Source: Octopus vulgaris
Lineage: Eukaryota
Direction: 5' to 3'
DNA: 64,000 nt
Assembly (NCBI GenBank): GCA_951406725.2
Contig: OX597816.1
Location: 88,598,001-88,662,000 of the forward strand
In this document: positions 53,118 through 64,000 of the stretch, piece by piece
Layout of the letters: each line of letters begins with the position of its first letter
Numbering within the stretch: the first letter of the stretch is position 1
The notes under the pieces: generated by a model
What the model was told of the DNA's origin: nothing
The model's database searches: none
What the model saw: the letters and a program-made list of their open reading frames with translations, nothing else
Translations under genes and position numbers: made by a program

Positions 53118-53297
53118 GTATGTACAGCATCCAAATATCTTAGTTAAACATTATTTCCGTTGATAAATAGAAATAATTCGTCGTTTTTCATATACCTTTG
53201 ATATTCTATGTTTAATCAATTGATAGTTTTCTCGGTTTAGTACTACTGATGATGTTGATGTTGATGATAATAATTACAGAACTTTCTCTTATTATAG

Positions 53298-53392
53298 GTT
53301 ACAACTTCATACTTTTCACGTGAAATTATCAATGTAAGAATGATTTTGTTATATTTGCAAAGAATGCTATCAGAATTAATTAGAATTTCTAC
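53298..53392 (+). pseudogene. DHC pseudo-exon: start of AAA4
   Basis: Acceptor ttctcttattatag and donor gtaagt; NYQCKNDFVIFAKNA/ELIRIS (cf. YN...MDLVLF.DA.EH..RISR). Confidence 0.7.
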
Positions 53393-53939
53393 GTAAGTTT
53401 TCAAAATCAATGAATAAATAAATGGAGTAAAATTCTAATAGAATAAATAATACATTTTCCTTCCAATAATACATATATATTTTAGCCTCTCAAATTTTAT
53501 ACATCTTCACAAACTTTACAATGTCACTAAATAGAGAGAATAATTTATACAATCACTTGTTTATCACGGAAAATATCAAATAAAATGAATGCTAAGTTAA
53601 GCACGAAGTTGCAAATTTAAATATGGCGATTATTCGAATATATACACTCAAGTTCTATTCTTAGACGACACAAAGATGAAATTTAAAGTTAGCCGTGATG
53701 GTATTCGATAGATGAATATTTAAGTGATCTAAGTAAACACCACAAGGTATTCGGTTTAATGCAGTTTCCATTTTACTAAACCTCTAACCTCAAAACATTT
53801 AATATATTGATATATGTGATGCTTTCATCAGTCTATATGTGTGCTGTTTGTTTAAGTAGCTGTATTCTTTAATGTATCTAGCACCACACTGATAAATAGC
53901 AATAATCCTTTCTCACAAATTAAAGTTTCTCTAACTAGC

Positions 53940-54169
53940 TATAGAGAAATAAACAATAAAGCGACCAATATTAATGTGGAAATGCAAAAGTTTTCTCAAT
54001 ATGTTAGCATTTTGCCAATATATTACAAGTAAATCAACACTATAACACCAGAAACTCAGATTTTATTACGCTTAATATGAAAAGCCTTCATGTATATATC
54101 CATCAAATTTAAATGGTGGGACATCGTCATATTTCTAGAAGAGCTTGTTTATGTATAGCTTTGTTTAGT
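53940..54169 (+). pseudogene. DHC pseudo-exon: AAA4 middle
   Basis: DFITLNMKSLHVYIHQI*MVGHRHISRRACLCIALFS (cf. FI.RVR.NLHVVL..SPVG..FR.R.R.FPAL); donor gtgagt at 54170; start approximate. Confidence 0.65.
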
Positions 54170-54322
54170 GTGAGTATTTTAGATGAAATTTAAGCCAAAA
54201 GACGGATGTTGAAATGATTACTATAATCAAGAATATTTGACCATGATCAAACGAAGCCAGGAAATAAGAGCAAGCCTTCTGATAAGGCTTGGAAAACGCA
54301 TCTATCACTCACTGTTTTATAT

Positions 54323-56086
54323 GCAACAAAGACCTATCATTGACCCCTTAAATTGAATCTTGTGCTGAGGTCTTGTGATTTGGTGGTAATTACATCATAC
54401 AGTCCCTTCATGAACTTATTAGTGCTGTCTGGAAGGATGGTGCAATGTGTAAGGAGTGGAAGGATGCAATTATTCTTCCTCTCTATAAAGGAAAAGGAGC
54501 CAGAACAATATGTGATAACTACAGAAGTATTGCTCTACTATCAGCTTTTGGCAAATATTCTTCTTACCCGCATGAATGGGTGTCTCGTAAATGATGTCCT
54601 ATCTGAATCTCAACGTGGATTCTGATGTGGTAGAGGGACAATGGATATGATTTTCACAGCAGGACAGATGCAGGAAAAGTGCTATGAGCAGAATATAGAT
54701 CTTGTCCAGGTATTCACTGATTTAACGAAAGTCTTTGATACTGTGAGTAGGGCCTTGCAATGGAAAATACTTAGTAAACTTGAATGTCTGGATCACTTTG
54801 TATCTATAATTAAATCAATTAATGATGGAGTGGAGGCTTGGTCGTGGTATAGCGGGACCCATTCCTGTAGAGAATAGTGTCAAGTAGGGTGTCATCCTTA
54901 CTTCAACTCGCTTTTCTTTATACTTTGCTTTTACTAATGCTTTTGCAAAGGTTATCTCTCTGGGAATATATGTCAGGTATCGATCTTCTGGCCACCTCTT
55001 TAATCTGCGCCGATTTGCTGCTAATTCAAAAGTTTTCCAGTCTCTTATTCGTGACCTCCATTTTGCAGATAACTGACTGAGTCATTCATACAGTGGATGA
55101 CATTGCAAATACTTATGAATCGTATTTCTGCTTCTTGCAAAGCATTTGGACTCAGCATTAGCCTGGACAAGACTGTTATAATGTTCCAGCCTGCAACAAG
55201 AAATCCTTATGTGGAACCAGCTATCCTGGTTAAAGGAACAATTCTGAGATTGGTAGACTAGTGTTTCTACCTGGGCAGCACACTCAGCCGTTCTTGCTCC
55301 CTGGATGATGAAATATCTTTCAGACTACAGAGAGAAACTGATTCCTTCCAGTCTCTTCCGTGTCGTGTCTGGTCCCAGCATGGCATCACAAAGTAAAAAA
55401 AAATTGCTGTGTACTGTGCATGTGTACTGACATTGCTCCTTTACTCATGTGAGATATGGACCCTATACAAATGTCATGTTAGGGCCCTTGAACGCTTTCA
55501 TCAGAGATGTCACGCACACATTCTGAATGATGGCTGCACCTTAAAAACTCCAGACACACAGGTCATGAGAACAGCTGATATTTTGAGTATTGAGGCGATG
55601 GTACACAAGCACCAGTTACGTTGGACTGGACACCATATTAGAATGAAAGATAGCAGGATCTCTAAGCAGATGATATATGGGGAACTTGTGAATGGAAAGA
55701 GACCCCGGCATGGAAAGAGAACCAAGGCTGCGATTTAAGGACTGTGTCATGTCCTCATTAAAGGCATATAATATGAAAGAGACTGACTGGGAGAACAATG
55801 TCTGTCATCGCTACAAATGGAGGAAGCAGGTTAAGGAGGGGGTCGATACTTTTGAGAGAGCACGTATTCAGCATGAAGAACTTAAGCGTGCTGCTCAAAA
55901 GCGTACTGTTGGTGTAGGGAATAGCGAAAGCTTGGTTTGCAATGTTTGCAGTCGCATACGCTTGTCAAGAGCAGGGCTCATTAACCACCAACGGAGCCGT
56001 AAATGCAAAATATAAGTTAATCCTAGAGTGCACAATGTTTCTTAAGGTCAGCATTGGTCTTCCTCGGTCACGAGTGGACGGCCATC
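54323..56086 (+). mobile_element. 5'-truncated RTE (BovB-like) LINE with target-site duplication
   Basis: WKDAIILPLYKGKG..CDNYRSIALL; LSESQRGF..GTMDMIFTAGQMQEKCYEQ..FTDLTKVFDTVSR; YLGS; LLYSCEIW; QLRWTGH..MIYGEL..RFKD; C-terminal CxxC..H; (cat)n tail; ~19-bp TSD atcactcactgttttatat (54304-54322) and atcactcaccggttttatat (56087-56106). Confidence 0.95.
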
Positions 56087-56179
56087 ATCACTCACCGGTT
56101 TTATATACTTTATGTTGACATTTTAACATTCATTGACTGAGATTATCAGTTGTATGACATGTACATATCGCAGTTCCAA

Positions 56180-56868
56180 AATAAATGAAGGGTATAAGGG
56201 AAATAATTAAAAAGCAATTGGGCACCAAAGAACGTTACTGTCAAGAATTTAAATTAATGACTACAGATGACTGGTCTAAGGGAGACAACTAAATAACACC
56301 TCAAGATCAAATAACCTTACTGTAATAATTTAAATAAAATACTCGAGAAAGTTTTAGCAGGGAATAAACATACAAATCTATATCCTTTGTTGCTGATGAC
56401 TCGGAAATTGTCAATAACCCCGTTGAGTTCTTAAACTTGCTGGAGACAGAAGGAGTTAGTCCTCATTACCTTCCATTGGAAATAGATACTCCAGTCATGC
56501 ATCTACAGAACCTTTCTCAAAGCTGTGCAATGCTGAAGGAGTTGTAAAGAAATTTAAGATTGATATCATAGAGTCCACAATAATTTCTGTCTGGAAAAGC
56601 TGAAGATGTTTCTATTCCACGTTCACCTTTAATACCTTCTTAATTTCCCCTTCCAATTCAAACGACTTCAATTTATAATACTTCTGCGATGTCCATTAAT
56701 AAGTCCTCACATCAAACTTTGAGAGTTACTGCTTTGCAGTTAGAGAAGGACTGTTTTTCACACAGTCAGTTATATGTTGGGGCTCCAGAGTGGGGAGCAA
56801 GGACAACCATTTCAATTTCACCCCTTCTGGTAAAAATCGAAACATTGTCTACAAGGAAGTTTTTAGCA
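56180..56868 (+). mobile_element. Helitron remnant (PIF1-type helicase C-terminus plus upstream taagggaaataa motifs)
   Basis: [82 protein letters not shown]. Confidence 0.9.
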
Positions 56869-56899
56869 AGGAATCAACAAACTAAAACTTGCAGAATGA

Positions 56900-57255
56900 A
56901 GAATAACTTTGAAGACTGAAGTACTTCAGATCATAGAGCAGAAGATGCACAAACCTGTAGAATTCGTTACTGCAACAGAAGCTGAAAGTGAGGCAGTAAG
57001 AATTTATTACATCAACATCGAAGAAAAGGATATAATGCTAGCAATAGATGATATAGACGCAAACTCAGCTGCTGGCCCTGATAGATTCCCTGCAGTCCTC
57101 AAGTCATGCAAACGATTCCTTGCAAAAACACTGCAACTACTGTATCAGAACTTCCCCGCAAAAAGGTAACCTCCCAGACAAACAAAAGTAGGGAATAATA
57201 TGTTCTATCCATAAAGGAGGAAGCAGAGCAGATGCTAAAAACTATAGGCTAATCT
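56900..57255 (+). mobile_element. CR1/L2-group LINE RT fragment
   Basis: DIMLAIDDIDANSAAGPDRFPAVLKSC..LAKTLQLLY..IHKGGSRADAKNYRLI. Confidence 0.88.
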
Positions 57256-57428
57256 TGGCCTATCTTGGCATATTTGAAAAACTTGGAGAATAGCTATATG
57301 ACTTTCTAAAAGTTAGAAGTCAGGTAGTATGGTCAGTGAAGCCATCGAACAACTATAACATAATCATCGGCCGATGGAGATCCAGAAGAACTTGTGTGTG
57401 TGCGTGTGTTTGTGTGTATGTTTGTGTG

Positions 57429-57470
<42 letters not shown>

Positions 57471-57679
57471 AGAGAAAGTGACACAAGAAAAAAATCTAGT
57501 TGCCTGGTGATATATCGTTATCGTTTTCTAATTAGATTTTTTTTTTCTTATTTACCATAACTTATAAAAATTTCTTTTGTGCTTTTCGATAAACCGTAAG
57601 CATAATTTTTATATAATTTATGAATTAAACTCATTCCATAAAAGCAAATATTTTAGCAGCTACTTTCAATGTGGAAATT

Positions 57680-58443
57680 CCAATGAAGATTTATAGGTCT
57701 TTCATTATTAATAATTAAACAAATTGACGAGTTGTGATAAAGAAGGCAATTGCGAAATAAAGAAGTTAGTCAGTCACAGGATTTTCAAATGGCACATTGT
57801 GTAGTTGAGAGAGAAATTACAAAACGTCAATATGTAACTATTAGAAAATCAGCTAGTTTAATAGATGTGTCGTTTATTTAGATAAGAACGACATTAAAAA
57901 ACTGGGATGTGAACGAAAATCTTCAAAACAATATTAAAAAATTTCTGTATCAAGAACTCCGAATTTTCGTCGCCCTTTTACTGAGAGGTAAAATTGTTTC
58001 TGCCAAATTTTGCAATTGAAGACAAATTTATGTGTAGTTCGATAAGGTTGAAATATGAAAGCAGGATTGTTGGAAAGAAACAGTAAAATGTAGTGGACGT
58101 CGAATTCCAGTATGAGAAGTTATTGTCTATAAAGGCAGACAAGTGCAAATTGTCCAATTCAAAATTTACTAAATGATAAAAAAACCTTTTACCAAAACTA
58201 GAAAATAAATCTATTAACCAATATTTTTCAAGAAAAAACTCTATGAAATCGCGGTACAAAACCTCTGCATTGAGATGTTCAAAGAGCCGTTCTTAATCTA
58301 ATAGATAGAAAGTGTAAGTTCGATGAAAATTACAAAAATTATAGACTAACAAGAAACATTGAGGGAAGAGTTGATGAAGATGGATCACTGATAATGTTAT
58401 CAAATTCATACCTACTTGGTGAAAGCCGTGCTATTGCCTACAG
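57680..58443 (+). pseudogene. DHC pseudo-exon: stalk, microtubule-binding domain and stalk exit
   Basis: LTSCDKEGNCEIKK (cf. L..LDK.DI.E.K), MAHCV, DVSFI..LKNWDVNENLQNNIKKFL (cf. FL..LKNFDK.NI), FCN*RQIYV*FDKV (cf. LC.WV.A...YD.V), LLGESRAIAY (cf. L.GD.LL..A.IAY); donor gtgagt at 58444. Confidence 0.68.
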
Positions 58444-58989
58444 GTGAGTTCACAAAATATTAAGAGTTTCATTTTGGATAATTTTTCATAAAGTGATTAT
58501 AAGTGAGATATTATATTGCATTTTATAACTTTGGCTATATGTTCGCGCTCACTGTATCTGTATATGCTTTTGAGTGTATCTGTATTTGTTAATATATGTG
58601 CGCACCTATGTGTGTATATCTATGTATGTTTGTACATCTGTGTGCGTGTGTGTATTATCTCATTGTTCATATACATAGAACTCGGTTTAATATATCAATT
58701 TTAAATACTAAATGCAATTTGCTCGAATAATATTTGAATTTCAGCACCTGTTTATAATATAAATTATAAAAGGAACTATGATAGCTTATGAATTATTTAG
58801 ATAGCGTGTGAAAGGAAAGGCTGGCACCCGTACTCACGTACATACAAGTATGGAACAGACCGACACTCCTATGTAGGAGTACGAGCGCATGCGTGTGTGT
58901 AAACATTCAAATATACTAAAGAAGAATAACAAATATGAGTAGATATTAATTACCTAATATTGCACCACTTATTACGTACTGTATTTTAG

Positions 58990-59608
58990 AATCTCTTCAT
59001 AATCTTCGAAAGGGAAGAAAATTATATAAGCTCTAGACTGCGAATGAATATGACAATCTCTAATATCTGGCGTGTTTTTTTTTACTTCGTTATAAAATTT
59101 AATTTGTTGTAACATAGAATTTTATGTTACTTATATATGTTACTTTCAATATATACCTGCACACATTTTACAAAGCTTTATTGTAACAGTTTTGTTGCAC
59201 AATCGAGAACTTTGTAACGAGCCCATATTTTAAAGAAGGAAGAGTAGAATATTGTAAATATTACAAGAAATATCGAACATTCTAGTTTAAATTACAACTG
59301 AAATTCTTGCTAGAACTTGAAGTAAAATGATAGTAAACATTCAATTTCGTATTAATTAAATATTTCACTCGATTTTATTTAAACGTTAGTTTAAACTTAA
59401 GGTATTTCCACGTATTTATGCTAAGAAGAAAAGAATACAACTTTCAAAGCAGGTTCAAAACAACATTCAGGATTATACATCAATGAAGTTCAAATTTTAA
59501 TAGGAAGTCTTTTGTAGCCTATCATGTATCCCCCTTTTATTTTTGCTAAAGTATGAAGCCTTATTGGAAATACAAATTAAATATCACAAAGGCTCGCACA
59601 TGTATATA

Positions 59609-59650
<42 letters not shown>

Positions 59651-60040
59651 TGTGTCTGTGTGTGTCTGTGTGTGTGCGTGCGTGCATATGTATGTGTTAC
59701 TGCATTTGTATTTTTATTAGTTGCCACTTTTGTAACATAATTTTACGTTTGCTTTCCTGACACTTAAAGAAATTTTCAGTAAACTTTTGCGCATATTTGG
59801 TAAGGTATCGTAGTCTTCTTCTTGAAGAAAAGACAATTGCTTCCCGCCAACATCCACATGTACTATCATATGAAAATAACAACAGTTGTCTAATCATTTA
59901 AACTGCGCTCTGAGGTCCAACCTACTGGTGCGTAATGAGTTCAAAAAGCAGTGTCCAGATGCGCTTTAACACTATACAGGGACGAAAAAATACCTCGTTG
60001 AATTTTTTATGTACAATGTGGAAATTTTGAATATCACTGA
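58990..60040 (+). pseudogene. DHC pseudo-exons: AAA5/buttress and following lid region
   Basis: QLKFLLELE (cf. QL.ELED), INEVQ..LLFLL..LEIQIKYH (cf. INE.R..LLYF....I...YQ), YLVRYRSLLLEEKTIAS (cf. VCRSLFEKDKL.FS); interrupted by (TG)n at ~59612-59695. Confidence 0.55.
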
Positions 60041-60160
60041 GAAGAACATACATACATACACTTTCACACACTCACACATACACACACACGCACACACATA
60101 TGTATCTATGTATGTTATATAGAAACAAACGGAATATATATATATAATATTTTTAAATAA

Positions 60161-60508
60161 AAATTAAATTAGAAATAAAACCACTATTAGGCAAATCAAA
60201 CAGTGAAAAACATAAACCAAAACATAAAAATAAAAATAATTAATATAATATATTTAAATATATTGAAATTTAAAATTTTTTATTTATATTTATAAATTTT
60301 TATACTTTTTTTATTTTTTTAAATTTTATATATTTTGTATATTATATTAATTATTTTTCATTTTTATGTTTTGGTTTATGTTTTTCACTGTTTGATTTGC
60401 CTAATAGTGGTTTTATCTCTAATTTAATTTATATTTATACTGTGAAATTAGATTTAATCCTAAATCTAATTTTTCCCTGTAAGTTTGGATTTACTCCCTA
60501 ATATTATT
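60161..60508. mobile_element. Foldback inverted repeat of a Penelope-like pLTR segment
   Basis: Arms 60161-60252 and 60338-60430 are near-perfect reverse complements (weaker pairing extends to ~60275/60317); followed by the hairpin aaattagattta-atcc-taaatctaattt. The Penelope assignment is an inference. Confidence 0.6.
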
Positions 60509-60539
60509 ATATAATATGTTTATATATATATTTGCATGA

Positions 60540-60860
60540 TAGTAACATCCAGACGATACGTTTTATGTATACAACTGAGAATATCTTTGCGATTTTTTCG
60601 AAACCCTCAAATATATAAGTGTAATGCAATTCAACGGAGGGTATGAAAATGGCTGAAATGTTGAGTCTTTTTAGTAGCAAATTATTTATCACCGTTACTA
60701 ATCTTACTGTTATTTCTTCACTGAAAAGTAATTGCACTGCGTGCTCGCAAGAGATAATCAACATGGTTGTTGTACCTAATAGATTAGTAACCAAATATTT
60801 TTCTAAACGCTCTTCACTGATTCGAAAATGGTGCGATACATTAAAAACATTGTCCTAGAT
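60540..60860 (+). pseudogene. DHC pseudo-exon: C-terminal domain
   Basis: ORF 60643-60858: ISSLKS..VVPNRLVTKYFSKRSSLIRKWCDTL (cf. I..SL..L..VP..W....YPS.K.L..W..DL). Confidence 0.55.
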
Positions 60861-60890
60861 AAGAAATGTCTATGAAAAGTACTTTTAACA

Positions 60891-60971
60891 AGGTGAGCTG
60901 TGGGGTCGATGTAAGCGACTTACCTTCCCCCTGAAAATGCTGCCCTCGCACCAAAATTTGAAACTGATATT
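60891..60971 (+). mobile_element. SINE family A internal-deletion derivative
   Basis: Head aggtgagctg joined directly to tggggtcgatgtaagcgactta..ccaaaatttgaaac. Confidence 0.7.
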
Positions 60972-61042
60972 GGCTTTAACAGTTACGGTAGTCTCAGGAT
61001 CCACTATGTATAAGAACATCTAAAGATATGGATATAATTTTA

Positions 61043-61208
61043 GTAGGAGTGGCTGTGTGGTAAGTAGCTTGCTTACGAACCACATGGTTCCCGGGGTTCA
61101 GTCCTACTGCGTGGCATCTTGGGCAAGTATCTTCTACTATATCCTCGGGCTGACCAATGCCTTGTGAGTGAATTTGATAGACAGAAACTGAAAGAAGCCC
61201 GTCGTATA

Positions 61209-61288
<80 letters not shown>

Positions 61289-61528
61289 TATGTATGTATA
61301 TGTGTGTGTATATGTTTGTGTGTCTGTGTTTGTCCCCCAACATCGCTTGATAACCGAAGCTGGTGTGTTTACGTCCCGTTACTTAGCGGTCCGGCAAAAG
61401 AGACCGTTAGAATAAGTACTAGGCTTACAAAGAATAAGTCCTGTCGTCGATTTGCTCGACTGAGGCGGTGCTCCAGCATAGACACTGTCAAATGACCGAA
61501 ACAAGTAAGAGTAAAAGAGTAAAGAGTA
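61043..61528 (+). mobile_element. SINE family B, near full length, with internal (TA)n
   Basis: gtaggagtggctgtgtggtaagtagcttgc..ggttcagtcc..ggcatcttgggcaagt..ggcggtgctccagcat..gaaacaagtaagagtaaaagagtaaagagtaa. Confidence 0.93.
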
Positions 61529-62739
61529 ATGGAAGTTAGAATGTGGCATAACATGTTTTGCATCTCATCTAAGTGCGGTGCATAAACGAGTCGAATAAAG
61601 TGTCTATCATGCTTCCTTTCCATCATAGCCGATGCGATTGCACTAAAGAAAGCAATACATGTAATAAATTTATACATTATTCTTAGTTTAAGAAACGTTA
61701 TATCTCTTCTGCTAAATCACTATCAGAGAACTAATGTGAAAATGATTGAAGAATAAGAACAATCTTGTGAAAAATAAAAAGAGACAAAAGAGACAAAAGA
61801 AAAATAGAGAACAAGAGAGATGTACATACAGAACGAGAGACAGAAAGTAAAACAACAAAAAGAAAACAATCGTACTTTCACATTATTTGCAAAGACTTCT
61901 CACCGAACACAAAGCTAAAACAATGGATAGAAACAAAAGCAACAATATCAGCAATATTATAACTTACTACCTAACAACAAAGGCAACAGATTCGCCATTA
62001 ATAACAGAAATGGTAAAATTTTTCATTGAATTAAAGTGTTTGCTTATGCATTGACAACCACAAAGTAGTTGGGTTTCTATTCAAATGATGATTTACCAAC
62101 CGCCATTTTGATGTATCTTCAATGGTCTGCTTTTGCTATGTTTATTCCTTTCACTTTCTTGTGTGTGTGTGTGTGTGTGTGTGTGAGTGTGTGTGTCTGT
62201 GTGTGTGTGTGTGTCTGTGTGTGTGTGTGTTTGAAAATTTTTCCTTGTCGTTCTTTCTTTGTCCCATGCGTACATATACCGTTAGATGGTTGAAATAAAT
62301 CTGGTGTGTTTTGTTTTATTCGTTTGACTTTACTTTTCTGTACTGATACATCGTAACTCAGTGAAAATGGCCACTAATAAATAGCTACGCTGTCATATTA
62401 AATATAACTAACATCACCTTACCCAACCAAAATCAGCAAATAACACTCAGCACTTATGTATATGTGACTGTATGTGTGTAAGCGTATATACTTGTGTACA
62501 TCTGGATGGGTGAAAAAAATAACCACTGATAAAACAAACATACTACACGAAACATTCAAGTGCCTCATGATTTTTTTTTATTTCCTTTTGATTTCTCTTA
62601 AACAAAATATAACTTTATTAAAGTTTCAATACTTTTGTTAATTCTTTGTATCATTCTATTAATGCTTACAATACATTAATGCCATTTTAACGACTATTTT
62701 ACACCATTGACACACGACATTGATTTTGTAAGAAAGAAA

Positions 62740-62794
62740 TGATACACACACATACACACATACAAATAAACACACATACATACACACACATATA

Positions 62795-62829
<35 letters not shown>

Positions 62830-62901
62830 GCACACATGTATACATATATGTCTACACATGTATATGTTTACATATATGTATATGTATGTATATATATGTG
62901 T
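62740..62901. repeat. (CATA)n/(TA)n microsatellite cluster
   Basis: Directly visible. Confidence 0.9.
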
Positions 62902-64000
62902 CGACGCATATTGGTTGTTGTTATAGCCATTTGTCCTGTGTAGGCGTAATAGAAATAAATATTTTTTTTAAATGCAAAAAGATAGTACAAGATCATGTGA
63001 CAATGAGTAAACAAGCAAATACTACATGGGTTCAGACAAGCGAAAGCATGTGTGTTAAAAAAAGTGGGTAGTGATATAAAGCGAAAAGGAACAGTGAAAG
63101 AAGTGTACAATGAAAATTAATACGACAAAGAAACAGGGGAAAAATAACGTTTCGATTGATGTTGTTTATGAAAGAGAACAAGAGTCATTAAATGATGAAA
63201 AAGAAAGAGAATATACCAAATATATACCGTCTGTTTGCATGGCAGGTTTCACGTAAAACTGACAGCTGATTGGGAGAGTAGAAGAGCGACACTCGAGGCT
63301 CAATTTGGAACAGTGAGGGTCAGAGCAAAATGAAGGTTGGACGCAGAGAAAAAAGAAACAGAATAAGAAAATTAATTAGAGAAATAAATAAATTAAGAAA
63401 TGACGGGTTGGGAAGAATTTAAAAAAGAGAGAACAAGTAAAATAGTGAATTTACGATGTGTTCGTGAGTATGAATGTGAATATTTATGTGTAGTTAAAAG
63501 TGTAAGGTTTTATTTGTACAGAAAATACATACCTATTTTGTGACAAGGGATCTAAAATTCATGTGGTGAGGTATGTAACACACATGTATGCAACATTTAT
63601 TAAGCTTAGAATGTAACTAATGTACACACCTATTCTCCACCACACACATGCACATAGACACACGCGCACATAAAGTTACAGATAGCACGCATACATATAC
63701 ACACACAAACATATTCTCACTGAAGTGGATAAGTCCGTGTATGTGATATAATATGTTATGTGCATATTGATATGTCTAAGAGATGCGACGTGGTGAAAGA
63801 TAGCTTCCTCTGGTCAGTGAAAATGTGTGATATCTGGAGAAATCTGCGTTTGTATGGTACGTTGGAGGTGTTTGTAGACTAAGACGATATAACGTGTGTG
63901 AATAAATATGAATGTACGCATATATACACGTGAAATGTGTATTTATGACAATGTGTCATTGACTGTCAGGTATATGCAATCGAGAAGGATAGAGTAGCAG

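Larger units (their letters stand above)
47183..60860 (+). pseudogene. Decayed unprocessed dynein heavy chain pseudogene (axonemal-like)
   Basis: Collinear degenerate DHC motifs across several exon-like blocks with splice-like edges (see the individual blocks); many stops, frameshifts and deletions. Confidence 0.72.

Noticed and set aside
61530-61680. Possible last dynein exon (IIADAIAL vs WI..GVALL)
   Set aside because: Similarity is too weak to extend the call.
62495-62640. TIR-like ends of Tc1/mariner elements
   Set aside because: No partner TIR or transposase remnant found.

Overview
Eukaryotic, very AT-rich, microsatellite-dense DNA with no intact protein-coding ORF; almost all ORF-track entries are translated simple repeats. 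The repeat repertoire (several tRNA-derived SINE families, R4/Dong, RTE, L1- and CR1-like LINE fossils, Penelope elements, Tc1/mariner and maT fossils, Helitrons) looks like an octopus/cephalopod genome (inference). Three signals are invisible in the ORF track. (1) A heavily decayed, intron-containing dynein heavy chain pseudogene on + (~47.2-60.9 kb) whose motifs occur in the correct order (linker, AAA1, AAA3, AAA4, stalk/MTBD, AAA5/buttress, C-terminal domain) and which is interrupted by TEs. (2) A U6 snRNA copy fused head-to-tail to a full-length SINE on - (29.0-29.57 kb). (3) Penelope-type hammerhead ribozyme motifs, including an apparently intact one with a ~100-nt extended stem II whose predicted cleavage site lies 5 nt from the edge of a 210-bp inverted duplication. 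There is also a recent ~930-bp tandem duplication of a non-autonomous Helitron plus its 3' flank, and several foldback palindromes. All homology calls come from manual translation and recalled family motifs, not database searches.
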